From Asterias rubens (taxonomy: Eukaryota): a stretch of DNA of 64,000 nucleotides. Numbering within the stretch: the first letter of the stretch is position 1; each line of letters opens with the position of its first letter. The DNA lies in the NCBI RefSeq assembly GCF_902459465.1, contig NC_047067.1, forward strand, positions 6,572,001 to 6,636,000. The letters are read 5' to 3'. Made by a program: the position numbers and the translations under genes. Positions 25,235 through 37,923 of this stretch are shown one piece after another. Under the pieces are notes generated by a model. It searched no databases. It was not told where the DNA came from and worked only from the letters and a program-made list of their open reading frames with translations.

Positions 25235-26274
25235 TTAACCATACCATCCTACACTGATTATATATTTTCTCCAATCATCCTGCCGCCGGCCCCCGTCTTT
25301 ATAAAGCTTGTTATTAAGACCCAATATGGTTTCAGTTTGGTATTTCCGAAAACGTTTTGTCACAAAGGCTTAGAAAACGTTTTACCATCAGGGGTAGTCG
25401 AAAACTGGGAAACGTCTTGAGGCCATTGTTTATGCAAGACGTTAGACCTACCATTCCATGTATTATTATTAGACTAGGCAAGATTTCAAAAACAAGTAAC
25501 AACAAGCGGCAATTTTGAGGAATGTTGGTATCCCATCCAACTGTCTTAATTCTGGGGTGATGAGTTCAGAAAAGGTTGAGGGGGAAAATATGTCTTGTTG
25601 ATAAAATAAACTTTAAAAAGTAAAAATATTTGTTTAATACACAACACATGTCTTTTCTGAAATAAATGTCCCCGAATATATTTATTTTTTATTTGGCCTT
25701 TTAGAAGACTGGATCCAAACACTAAGTTATTTTAAGTGTCTTGATTACAGTGGCATTTTCATCAGAATCAATAATGTTAATAATATTGTGAAAATCAAGC
25801 AACATCTTAAAGAAATGTCACACAATGATAACACACAAAATTACAAAATTTTGATCAAAACAATAACTTTATAAGAAAATATCTAAAATTATAATAACAC
25901 CCACTGAAAAACAAATAAACAGTTGATGCAAATAAAACGCACTGTTTAATTTGATTTTGTTCTGTTTGTTCAAAGTAAATCTAAGAATACGTTTATTGCG
26001 TCTCACCATGATATCACGAAGCCTTGCTGCCGCAAGGTTGAAGCCTCGTTTACTTACACAATTATTTCATAGAAAAAGGGGCCCCTGGATGTGATCTAGT
26101 TCTGATGTTACATCCTGCCTCCACCATATACTAAGCATGAGAAAGTTTCTAAAGTTGGAAATCGAATGTTTCAGGTAGTTGCTTTGTCCCCATGGTATAG
26201 GTACTATGATCACGACACACCCTGTACGCTCATGTGCCCAATTTCAGCAGATCGGTCTTTTATAAGATTTTAGG

Positions 26275-26660
26275 AAATGGTGTTCTGTGAAACTGCAAAG
26301 CCAAAAAGACAGGATTTGTTTTTTCAAACTTGCAAACTTTGTTTTACAACCAAGATTGTGAACAAGTTTCTTGTTATAGTTTCACTGTTTACTTTTGTTG
26401 CTAGCGTAGCAGTCCGAAAAAAACCTCAATGGAAGGACACTCGCTGTACGGCCAATGAAGTTTCGAATTGCAGTAGGCAATTCTGTTATGATGTCATTAA
26501 ATGGTGTCCTTTGAAACCGCAAACCCTAAAAAGACAGGATTTTTTTTTCAAACTTGCAAACTTTAGGTTACAAACAAGTCTGTGAACAAGTTATATATAT
26601 ATATTCACTGTTTACTTTTGTAGCTAGTAGTCCGTAGCAAAACTTCGACTGAAGGACCAC
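26275..26660. repeat. Tandem duplication, period ~224 bp
   Basis: AAATGGTG..AAAAGACAGGATTT..TTCAAACTTGCAAACTTT..GTGAACAAGTT..TTCACTGTTTACTTTTGT present twice. Confidence 0.88.
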
Positions 26661-26844
26661 ATTGATAAAGCGTGTGTGGGTGGTGAAGATCCTCTTAAGA
26701 TTTGCCGTCTAAGGAAGCAGAAACTGCCTTCTGAGAAACTGATGTAAACATTCGCTTCGTGCCGAGAGTAAAAGAAAAGAAGAGGCGATCACGCCTGAGT
26801 AGAGAACGGATGTTTTGCCGCGTATCCATCTGCGACTCTAAATT

Positions 26845-27085
26845 GGATTCTGATCGAATTTATGAATGAACGAACCCGCTAAACCTCCGGCTCGCTCGGA
26901 TCTGATTGGAGGAATTCTACCGTTGGCAAAGTTAATTGGATCTCGTAAATTTATGAATGAACGGAGACGCGCTGCGACCACGCCACTCGCTCTGATTGGA
27001 CGAGGGCGGCCTGGCGAGATTTAATTATTGTCCAATTTGTGAATGACGGAGAATCGCGCCATGTCGAGCTGCGTTTGATTGGTCG
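26845..27085. promoter_or_regulatory. Three-fold repeated motif module (AATTT(A/G)TGAATGA + TGATTGG)
   Basis: Motifs at 26857/26948/27034 and 26902/26992/27075; CpG-rich diverged spacers. Confidence 0.5.
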
Positions 27086-28595
27086 CCGCTCCTCAGCTCA
27101 TGGCTACGTCACACTTGCGTGTTAGGTTTACAACTCCGTAATTGCAGACACATTAAAATCTCATTTCGAGGACGGTGATATGTCAAGCTTTGTTAGCAAA
27201 CGATGTGTTAACATCAGTCACCAAGTGATAATACGGGAACATGTAAATTGTCGCCCTTGAAACCTTCTCTCGTGGATCGTCTCTAATTGACAAGGTACAA
27301 CAGAACAAGCAATCAGACATTGGCGCTCCCCTCTCAGACGCAACACACGGGGAGGTCATAGAAGGGACACGGCGTATAGTAAGGAACTGGAACAGAAATT
27401 TGTTTACAACCCACCAGTCTGTGTATAATGTACAAACCTGAACGCAAAGTCACGATCGCAGTTTATACTGTCTTCATTGAGGTATTCAAATAATAACTAT
27501 ATATGATTTAATAACTTTGGCAGATTTTAAAAACATAAATCAGAATAGAGTACCAACCACCCATTTGTAGAACGATACCAGAAACTGGTACCCTAAACAC
27601 GCCACCACTCGTGCACAGACTTGATACACTCAGGTGCATTTAGATTGTTTTCAGGCTGCACTATTACGAGCGGTCTTCTGTATACACAATATAAATATAA
27701 AACGAAAAACATGGAAAAATGTGTACATCAATAAATATTAGGTCTGCATAATAATATGCACAGCATGAAAGAGACTGGTTAGGTACTTCCACCCACCCTT
27801 GTACAAGTTCAGAACCCTACTCTGAACTCCCTGTGTCATGTAAAATGATCATCACTGGGGTACACTCATCGATCTTTTACGTGACAGACAGTAACAATCC
27901 TATCATTTTGTCTGTTTGTTTGTTTGTTTGATATTTCCCCCCCCTTCCAGTCAGTCGCCAAACAACGCGACAGCAACCGTTACTGCATCTCGCAATAAGC
28001 CCAAGTTCGTCTGGTTCCCAATACCAGTTCTGATCATGGCAATGGTGCATTAAAACGGGCCTTTACTCTTCATGTATACTTATAGCCTCAGTAGACTGAC
28101 CTGTAATGTTTACAAAACAGAAAACAATAAGAAAACAGCAGCGGGTTCTTGATACACCCAGACTTCTACCCGTACCCCCCCCCCCCCCAGCACCCCTTTA
28201 ACCCTCCACCGTCTCAGGGTGGTTGGAACTGCTCAGGAGGTGCAGGAAATGAGGTTAAATCACTGGGGATTTCAGTTTAATCCCAGCATTGGTTTGACTG
28301 ACAAGGTTCGTAATACATCGAGACACATTCAGCTCACATTCGGTCAATGTGAGCAACACGACCGTCTGAAAACGTACACGCTCTATTCTTTTAGGTCTAT
28401 TTTACAACATCATAAAATAAAATGATTTATTTTAACCATTCCTTGTCGACAGCCCTGGGTTTTTAGGGTCGGGGCCACCGTTCATCGTGTGTCAGATGAA
28501 TTCCCCTTGCCGTCGTGAATCATTTTTAAACACCCCCCTATGTCCGACGGGGTTCAACCTGTCACGGTCTCGGACAATCAAGCAGGGAGGCGATA

Positions 28596-29012
28596 GAGCA
28601 AGTAAGAGGGCTCGTGATTGTTACGTGTATCTCCATAATGCGCTGCCGGACATTATCATCACTGCGCGGTTTAGAGCAAGTACGGTCTACATTATCACTG
28701 CGCGGTTAATATCTAGTACTTTTTCACGCGTATCATCACAATGCACTGCAAGACGTAATTACTGCGCGGTTTAAATCAAGATAAGGTGTCGTGAGTTTAC
28801 GTGTATTTGCATATTGCGCTGCCGGACACTATTACTGCGCGGTTTAGAGCAAGTAAGTTATAGGCCTACACAGTGATTTTACGTGTATCTCCATAATGCG
28901 CGTGTCTTGAATTGTAATGCGGTATAGGGCATTTTGAGTGCGCAGTTTACAGAAAGTAAAAGTCTAGCGATTTCAAGTATGTCATTTTGCTGGCCATTAT
29001 CACTGCGCGGTC
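28596..29012. repeat. Degenerate minisatellite with ACTGCGCGGT core
   Basis: Exact core at 28661, 28697, 28761, 28834 and 29002; variable unit length. Confidence 0.85.
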
Positions 29013-29634
29013 TTTTTTTTAACGCATTACCTTCACGTATTATTATCTTCATTTCAAAATGTCGATGAATTATATCTCAAATTTCCGTTTCTGATAAGAA
29101 ATCCACCTCCATATAGTTTGACTGTTAACCAATAAGATCTGTTCAAACGATGGTCAGTCAGAGCATTTAATATTAATTGCCAAATCCCAAATGTATTTTC
29201 CATATTTCCTACGTGGTTATTATAAAAAGTGTCTTCAGAACGATTCCCCTTGTATTTGAAGTAGCTCACAAGAAACATGGTCACGCTACCGCTTCTCTGT
29301 CATGCCATTGTGGTCCCTTTGGGAACATAAACCCCCTCCTAGGAATTCTTACCGTCTGCTATCGGCTCATTCCGACCTAACATTGATCCATCAAAGTCAA
29401 ACTCATTGCTCTAAAACATCTGCAACATTTCCTTTGAATCGTTTTTATTTATTTCAACACTTTCTCCAACCTTTATCTTCAAGTGCTGTGTCTGTATGTG
29501 TTATCTGGTGACAGGTGGACTCACAAATAAAGAGGCTGTGCTTGCGTATACTTTTTTTTATAGACTGCATCTTTTTACCCGGTCATGTCATCCACTCATC
29601 ATCCGGTATGGACATCTTTTCATAAGATGGGGAA

Positions 29635-29970
29635 CAGTTATCTAGGGTTGGGCTTGGACAACTTACTTCACCAGCTAGAACTCCCAGGTTAACTGTATCT
29701 GGGCGCCGGAACCGATAGGCCTAAAATGTTCCTGTATCATGCTTTCATTCGAATCAGATGAAGAACAATTTCAGGGTATGGCGTGGACAACGTTCTTTCA
29801 TCAGCTCAAACTCCCAGGTTGAAATTTACCAGGGCGCCAGAACAGATAGGCCTAAATTGTTTCTGTATATGAGAATCCTTTCATCAGAACTATAGATGAA
29901 GAACAATTCGCAGGTTTCTTTCTCCATCAGCTAAAACTCATAGGTTTAATTTTACCAGGGCGCCAGAACT
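29635..29970. repeat. Three tandem units of ~126-131 bp
   Basis: GGGCGCC(G/A)GAAC at 29701, 29832 and 29958; GATGAAGAACAATT twice. Confidence 0.85.
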
Positions 29971-30457
29971 GCTACTGTTCCCAAGGAAGAACCAGTCTTA
30001 AACTATAGTTTACGCATGTGTGAGCTCTCATGGAAATCCTTTTTTAACACGATTTGATGACCGGTAAAAGAACAATGCGAATGATTTTCACGATCAATCA
30101 GAAATGTGACTTCTTAATGGTTGACTTTATAAGCATAATCTGGCAGTTCAGATCGGAATATCAACTGAATAATACAGTAATAAAATACATCCCCTTATCG
30201 GCAACACAGATCCGATTGTAACTATTGTTTAGCAAGGATAAGAGAAGTACAAAAGACCCAACAAAAGGTGGCCTCGATTTCAAGCCGTCTTTTCATGGGA
30301 GGAACATATGTTATGCAAATTTAGAACTGGTAAGTTCTTTGAAATGTCTCTAGTGATACAAATCGGTTCAAATGAGCCAACTCCTCCGTGATGAAGCAAT
30401 GTTGTAAGCTCCAGACATTCCTTTAAATTGATTTGAGTTGACACCTTGTACGTTTAA

Positions 30458-30839
30458 AGATACTGGACACTTTTGGTTATTGTCAAAGACCAGTCTTCTC
30501 ACTTGGTGTATCTCAACATATGCACAAAATAACAAACCTGTGAAAATTTGAGCTCGATCGTCGAAGTTGCGAGATAATAATGGAAGAAAAAACGCCCTCG
30601 TCACACGAAGTTGTGCGCTATCAGATGCTTGATTTCGGGACCTCAACATTTAATTCTGAGGTCTCTAAATCAAATTGAAATATTTTAGTGGAAAATTACT
30701 TCTTTCTCGAAACTACGTTACTTCAGAGGGAGCCTTTTTCCCCACTATGTTTTATACTATCAACCACTCTACATTGCTTGTTACTTAAGTTTTTATGCTG
30801 ACAACTATTTTGAGTAATTACCAATAGTGTCCAGTGCCT
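30458..30839. mobile_element. Kolobok-type MITE family A (opposite orientation)
   Basis: TTAA|AGATACTGGACAC ... GTGTCCAGTGCCT|TTAA. Confidence 0.92.
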
Positions 30840-32329
30840 TTAAAGGTATAGTTTTTCCACCCCGCTGTGTTGTTTACTGAATCAGTGAGGTTTCTCCTTC
30901 AAGAAGATATCCCAGACATCAAAGAGAAGGACGTCCAGACATAATAAACAAGGCTCACCTGTGAGTTCCCCTTGTTTTTAAGGAATTATGACAAGGATAA
31001 TAGCTACGGGTTAGATGTGCACTTAGGTTCCTCTTGGTGCCTCCGGGTGTCGATCCGGGTGTCGATCCGGGTGACGAAACAAACCCGGATCCCCACCCTC
31101 TGTGGGTGCAAGGAGCCCGACTATCATGACATGAAACTATATCATTGGTTGACAATAATTGTAACAGTTGGAAATTGTAATGAACATTCTCAAACCTCGA
31201 CTCGGCTTTTTAAGCCAGTACCGATTTGAAAATACTGACGAACTGGCACCAGTGTCGGATGGAGTCATGCAGAGTTTGGGTCAAATTGCTGTCAGTTTGA
31301 CCAAAAGACCCATCAGTCACGCCAAATCATGGAATCTGTTAATCAAATCATTGGGTTTTCAGATCCGAGTTTTGATTTTCCACATTCAATCAATCAGATT
31401 CGGAGACCATTTTGATCTTATTTTATTGTCTGGTTCCTACTATAGTATATAGGACCCGCAGATTACTGGTAACCTTTAAACACTCTTGCTGATTCGGTTC
31501 ACCGAAAATGGACGTAAAAAGTCGTGATTGTTAAGTGTAAAACTTGGATTGAAATTGTTAAGGCCTTGTAAGAATAACACAAAATCTAGTTTGAGAGTAG
31601 TTTATTATTTTTATTCAAGTAAAAATAATGGCCGATTACCCACAGAGCCACTTCGCCCACTTGTATGAAAAGATTTAGATCTCACTCCCAGCGTATAAAA
31701 AAGTTGTCCTAATTTTGAACCCCATAGAGTAATCTCTTGTTTTGCTTGCCGCCATTTCAGCGATATCAAACACATGAGAGTAATTTGCGCACTACCCACG
31801 CACTTTCGCCCATGTTGATCAACATTGCGTTTTCCGTGAAAAAAGGAGCGGGAAAAAGCAGACGTAATTCATTCTATAAAAGATCTTTGCTCGTTGCGGG
31901 TGAGCGGTATTGACTTTGTAGTAGAATCACACGTGAAGCGAGTAACTACAGTGTCAATATAAAGCCGTCTCAGACGATATAATTTCCGCTTCTGTGAGCA
32001 CTTCTTTCAAGACCCTCGTACGAGATGGAGTTGATGATTCTTTATGGGGTCTGATGGAAATGAAACGTCTCAAGAAAATGGATGTGATGTGGATGCGGTT
32101 TGTGTACAAACAGAATGATGGTTTTAACCCACGCGTACGCGGATGTCGTGGGCAACCAGTTACCAATGATGGTCCGTCCAGTGGGTGTGTGGGGTTAATC
32201 GAAGTGGGGCATCATCGTCTGACACCTCCATAGTCTGACGTATGGTACTAATACAAACCTTGAGACTGTGGGGCGATCATGTGTTGATTGCTCGACGTAT
32301 TTGATACTCGAACCTTGAATGGAATATGC

Positions 32330-32558
32330 AAATGGTTTTCTACTATTCTACAACCTCATGCTCTCGCTCCTCTCTTGTTGTGTAGAGTTCATTCCTGGTT
32401 ATGTATTTATTTTTTGCTTTAACAATATTAATTTTGTAAACTTAGGCCTATATGCACTTTTGATTTTGTTACCTTTCTATGTACCTGATAAATTCCCATA
32501 TTGAATTATTTACTGGAAGAGATGGAATAAACGTACGTCGTATTGAATTGAATTGAAT
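32330..32558 (+). mobile_element. 3' end of a non-LTR retrotransposon (CR1/L2-like tail)
   Basis: T-rich UTR-like sequence, AATAAA at 32526 and an (ATTGA)3 tail at 32542-32556. Confidence 0.45.
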
Positions 32559-32898
32559 GACTCATTGTCTAAATGCACAGACAAATACAGGTGTACACCC
32601 AACGGTCACAGAGCTTAAAAGCTTTGTTTTTAAAGGAGCCTGGCGGGACTTTCACTTCCTACCCGTTCCTCCCTCAGCTCCTTCTGGTGTGTCCAACCAT
32701 GGCGTCCAACCATGGCATACACCGTCCAGCATTTCTAGTATTTGCCTTGGAGCAGTGTTTTGTCAAAGATTCCATTTCCGTATCCCACATTCCCCGTTTG
32801 CACTGGCTCAGAATGAGGTCAGGAGCGTAGACAACGAAAATATCAAGTCCTGTCTTCTTGATACCTCCATGTTGATACCGGCCTACTTCTTGAAAAAA

Positions 32899-33027
32899 AG
32901 GTGTCGTCTGAATGTGCGGCTACGGCTAGATCGCCGAGTCGTCGTGCGGTGGAGTATAAGGACGTCCATAGCAAAGCCACTAGCAACAGCCGTAGCCGTA
33001 GTTGTAGCCGTCAGTTCGGATACAGCC
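32899..33027. mobile_element. MITE family G (GGCTACGG/CCGTAGCC arms)
   Basis: Shares internal GAGTATAAGGA..CCATAGCAA and terminal GGATACAGCC with the copies at 45288 and 48140. Confidence 0.65.
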
Positions 33028-33103
33028 TCACTGTTGCTGTTGGTCCTATGGCTATGGTTAGGCCTACTTGGCACGTCATAACTGTGTTTTTGTTTTAGTA
33101 TTA

Positions 33104-33291
33104 GGGACTTTTCGTTTTCGACGACGGTTCTGCGACGGTTGTTCAGCTAAACGTTGTCGTTTTTCACCACAACGAAGATTCATCCCAAGTACTGTCGTAG
33201 AAATTGAGGGACGACCGTCCTCAAAGCCGACGCATGCGCAGATGACGCCAAATGTCATCTTTACCGTCCGTCGTCGAAAACGAAAAGTCCC
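33104..33291. mobile_element. Harbinger-like MITE
   Basis: 24-bp TIR GGGACTTTTCGTTTTCGACGACGG / CCGTCGTCGAAAACGAAAAGTCCC; TTA/AAA flanks. Confidence 0.85.
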
Positions 33292-33483
33292 AAATATCAT
33301 TAAAATACACACCTCTCAATAATATGCTTATACATAGTTGTGATCCACTCTGAAAATGAGTCAGATGTCGCCCAATGCATTATTATGTAATGGACAGTTT
33401 AAACTGCTGGCATTGTCTCGTATAAACTGTTTGGGATATGCTTGAGGCATAGAGGAAGGACAGTGGAGGGTATATATTTTGTA

Positions 33484-33579
33484 TTCTCACAATGTTGTAA
33501 ACTCAACAGCTCTCCGTTGCTTGTTATACCAAGAATGTTTGCAATTATTTTGAGTAATTACCATTAGTGTCCAGTGCCT
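33484..33579. mobile_element. Family A terminal fragment
   Basis: TTTTGAGTAATTACCATTAGTGTCCAGTGCCT end only. Confidence 0.75.
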
Positions 33580-35254
33580 CAAACACCAAAGTTGTGGAAT
33601 TCTCTTTGACAATGTGTTAATTTGTTGGTATGTAAAAAAAAAGTCAATAGCTCAGTGTCGAGGCAGGTATACCGACAACTCACAGCGATCTTTCATAGTA
33701 TAGTCTTGCAATAGTAGTCTTGAAAATGTGTGTTACGAAGACAGTTTATTGTATTGTAAACCATTTGCACAAACTAGGTGAAACCAGATACAAAAATATT
33801 TGGATCGTCCAATTTCCCCGAGAAGGGTGTTTTCGGCTCGTTCCATGAAACTTCAGACGGGTAGGTCAGACAGCTTGCCCCCGGGACTTCCATGGGTCAC
33901 AGGATGGTAGTCCATCTGAAACGTGTTAAGAGGCCGACCGAACGGCACTTTCTGGAATTCGATCTGTGAATTTAAGGTAATTTTTGGTGAGACATTCTGA
34001 AGAAAAGGGACCCGGTGAGGCGTGGCTCTGTTTTTATAGTGGTCAGGAAAGACTTGTATCGGTTATTGCACTGGAATAATTGTACTCAATCTGTGAATCA
34101 AGGTAGTGGCTTTTCATTATCCTGATGGGCTAAATATCACATTTCTTTTTATAGGATCCATGGTTATGGTTTGGTATCCCTGTCAGCCATAACAAATTAA
34201 ATAGTGCCATATCTTCCTCGTTCCCAGGTATACTTACAATTAATTTCCCGGCGTAACTATGTACGCACTTGTTATGCACGAGCGAAAAACGGATGGTTGG
34301 GGGGGGGGGTCGATTTCAAAGTCACCCTCCCTTGTATCAAGATTTGAAATCAAAGAATATCTGTCATGCTAAAAAGAACACGTCACTTGGAAGACGTGTA
34401 CTGAAGAAAATATTGGCACTTCCGAAACGGAAGCCTTAAATCTTGATGGATAATTTGACCAAGAGGCAAAGTGGTATTAAAAGTTTTCCGCGTCCATGTA
34501 AAAATGGGATTAACTCGTGATCCGCATTTTATACATTAATACCGGGCTGTTATAAATAATTGATCAGGAATATTTTTTTGATATTTCGAGGCTTTGGTAT
34601 TGGTTACAAATTCAAGGCCAAGTGAGTTAGTTTTTACGATCTAGGATCGAGGTGGATGTCTGTTAAAATCGATTCAAAATCAGGACCATTCCCCATTCAA
34701 ATAATATTTCAAGTTTAAGGCTGTAACAAGTTTAAGTGTAAAAATGGACCCGTGTGTGTCGTTCAAGGATTGTGTTGCTTTCTAGAACAACTGACTCCGA
34801 AAGGTTCATCAGTGTTTAGGCTGCATGTGTTTGTTGGGTGTTGACATTTGGGATTCAATTGTGATAGATCCATCTTCCACGGCTACATTTCTGATCTTAT
34901 TCAGGGCCAGTCAGACTTTGCTCTAGAAATCTTCAGCCTACACCCCCCCCCCCCCTTCTCGGCCTGAGCTCCGGAACATGATCATGACCTCGGGAATATG
35001 GCGCCCACTGTCACTTCCAATCTATAATAGAAACTGAAATATCGTTTTGGACGTGCGGGTCGCGAGGGCCCAGTCGAGGCCCATATCACGTAATTTTAGC
35101 TGATTGTAGCTAAAGTTTTCTTCGAGATTCATTTCATTCCCCTGGATGGTTGGGCTCGTTGCCCGGTACTGTCTCAGCTACCTCCATGGTCTGAGCCACG
35201 CTCTGGTGCAGGCCTGGATTTACGCGTCAGGCCATCGAGGCAATGTCCTCCGCT

Positions 35255-35380
35255 GCCCTTGGTCTGGGCCCTATAGTACCCCTTCAAAAGTTTCCCATTT
35301 TCTCTAAGATTTTCAAGTGGAAGTGCCCTTTGCAAAATTAAAACGGCCTTGCCCTTTCAAAGATGAAGTTACACGGTCTG
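35255..35380. mobile_element. Family E fragment
   Basis: TTTTCAAGTGGAAGTGCCCTTT..CCTTGCCCTTTCAAA block. Confidence 0.5.
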
Positions 35381-36072
35381 CTGGTATTTAGCCAGTGTTC
35401 TAGTTATGGACTCTCCTCATATCAGCAGTGTGGCAGTTTTGGCAGACTTAAAGGTGGCACATTTTTCGTTGAGCTAACTTCTTCAAGTAAAAACAAAAGC
35501 ACATTTTCTTTCGAACAAATCTAGCATAGATAACAAGTTACAATATGGAGGTACCTACCTCCATGTTAACAATAAGTAGTGTCTGTTGCAATAAATTGGT
35601 GAAACCCCTAGTCAATGACGTCACTGACAAACCCTTGTTTTTACATGCAGCCTCGTTCAAACTTTTAAGTTAAAGTTTTAGTTAAAACTACCTGACAAAC
35701 ACCAGTGCTATAGGCCTTAACTTTACAAAAAAAAGTTGTTTGCTAATTTTCTTTTTTTAAACTTTATGAAGTCACTAGCAGCGTGTGCTGCCAGCCCCGT
35801 AGATTGAGCTTTATTTGGTTGTTGGACGTGAGTCATTGAATGTCATGCCATGAATCATTTAACAGTGGCATTATTCACTAGAGTCAGTAAAGTTAAAAAT
35901 AAAGTATCAGGCCAACCCTTCGGTGAAATACCGGGAGCAACAACCTTGAAACATTTTTAACGAGTAATTTTACGGAACAACACTTACTTATCATTGGGAT
36001 TTGCTCCGAACATTGTGATGAGTTAAGTTCATAAAGAGGTAGACTGTTGCTGGCCCGATACAACGGTAGCGG

Positions 36073-36272
36073 ATGCCCTCCATGTCCCCTGGTCATTGCT
36101 TTGTGCCCTGGAAATGCTCCAGTTAGAAATGTATAGTTGAAAAGGGGAAGGGCAGCGCAAGGGCACCGAGGCATTTTCTCCTTGGTAAGGGTACTTATGA
36201 GAAGATTTTAAATTCTGCTGTAGCATTTCAAGGGCACCAATGCAATGACCATTGGGCATAGAAGCAATTAGG
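36073..36272. mobile_element. Family E inverted composite
   Basis: CTGGTCATTGC..GTGCCCTGGAAATGCT (36090-36118) is inverted relative to AGCATTTCAAGGGCACCAATGCAATGACC (~36222-36250). Confidence 0.65.
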
Positions 36273-37703
36273 CATGTTGATGAAAAATATTGGACAAGTC
36301 GACTCTTTAAAAGTTCGAGGTTGAATGTTAAAGGATGAACTCCCTCAACGAAGCGTGAAGATAATGCACATGTGCAACCGTTAGTACTCTGCCAGACCTT
36401 GAACTTCTCCGTAATACATGAATGTGCGTGGGTATGTGGGTTTGGGCCCCTTTTATCGAACGCACAACATTGATACTAATCCTCACACGCAAGAATATCA
36501 AAATGGCTACCGTTTCATAGACCTTTTATTGCAACGTCACAGACCAAGTTTTTGCCAACCAAGGCTGATCAACCAATCATGGGATGTCTTTTTTATATTT
36601 TGTATTAAAAGTTTGCAGAAATGTGTCACGATTGAGTGGTTTTGCCTACATTCGGCCGAGCATGCCAACCAGCGCGGTTTGAAGGTCTTTACTGACATTT
36701 GTTGGATCTCAGGCCATTTCGGAACAAACAACTTGGGCTTAGACCGCGGGCTTAGGCTTCGGCTTCGGTTCCTGCTAGGCTCCGTCAGATAGGCCCCTAC
36801 GGACGCCTTTTTTGGTACGGGGCTTCCGGGAAAGCGGACGGTGCCAGACCTCTATGCCATGGTTTCAAAAAGGGCCTGGGATTCAATATATAAAAAATAC
36901 AGCTAAGGCAGCCATTTTGATTATCTTGATTATCTATGTCCAAAGTGAGGCTTGATGGTATACACGCAGGTAATGGCGACTGTTTAAGGCCCTACCTTTC
37001 ACTCCTCAACTTGTTTTTTGAGTCACACTGTAGGCCGGCCAATCACTGACTCACGGCATCAAACAGATATCAAACAAATACCTTTACGGGACCAGATAAT
37101 TCCTTCATACAAAGCACTTTTTGAAAAACCTTGAACCCCACTCTGTGTTGTAAATATTGTGAATTTTTTTTGGCGGGGCATTTTTACTAATAGCTTGAAA
37201 CTAGGAGGTGTTGACGAGAGCTCACCTTCGGAGTCTCCTAACAAGGGTGGAATGATTTGCGGTGCCAGGTTTTGAAATCTGATCCAACTTTACCTCCGCT
37301 AAATCACTTGGAAGGAATTAAAGACCACCCATTGTTTCTCTATTAATCTTGGGTAACCTTCAACTTCTGATTTGTGTGAGTTAAGTAAAAGGTGACACTG
37401 TCAGGAGATATAAATTACTAACTGGGTGTCGTACATCAACGGGTGGTGACATGTCAAATTGCTTGTTAACACGAAGTCCGACTTGTTTTTTCTCCCTAAC
37501 GAAAACTCAGAATTTTTCGCAACGATGAGAAGGTCAATTGGTGGTTCTATACAGTTGTAATTTTGTTGTGTAATAGGTGAAGAAATGATTTGTTTGTCTA
37601 GGTGTATGCGAATATAATAATTTATTTTACTTGCAGGGAATTACATTTTCTGTTCTTTAATAATTAATGTTAATTTGTTTTGGGTTTCTTTTTTTGTCGG
37701 TAG

Positions 37704-37867
37704 AATGTGCGCTCGGCGGACATCGGGTACTCGGTAACCCGTTTCGGAGTGTTTCGTACTCGGCCTCGGGAACGTCCGGAAAACTGTGTGACAAGACGCT
37801 GGAACGAGGGTGGTACCGATTCCAGATCTTCGGCAAATATGCCGAGATGCCGACAGAGTGTGTCCAG
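37704..37867 (+). CDS. VWDE: VWDE-like exon 2 (CALGGHRVLGNPFRSVSY...LCDKTLERGWYRFQIFGKYAEMPTECVQ)
   Basis: Polypyrimidine tract+TAG acceptor and GTCAGA donor; 164 nt, phase 1 to 0. The CxxGGH..PxRSV..LCD..L..GWYRF..AEMPT.CV pattern matches the N-terminal UMOD/GP2-like cysteine-rich region of VWDE as I recall it. Confidence 0.92.
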
Positions 37868-37923
37868 GTCAGAATTTTTTTCAATATTTCCAACCCAGTT
37901 GGGACGAGAACCATTCAATTACC

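Noticed and set aside
28596-29012. CRISPR-like array (GTTTAGAGC resembles a Cas9 repeat start)
   Set aside because: Eukaryotic intron, no cas genes, repeats not identical in length and spacers homologous to one another; it is a minisatellite.
31044-31094. CCGGGTGTCGAT 12-bp repeats as a second Ginger end
   Set aside because: Shares only CCGGGTGACG; no TGT/ACA termini or TSD found.
32557-33081. 174-aa ORF
   Set aside because: C-terminal half is family G MITE sequence; no domain and no splice support.
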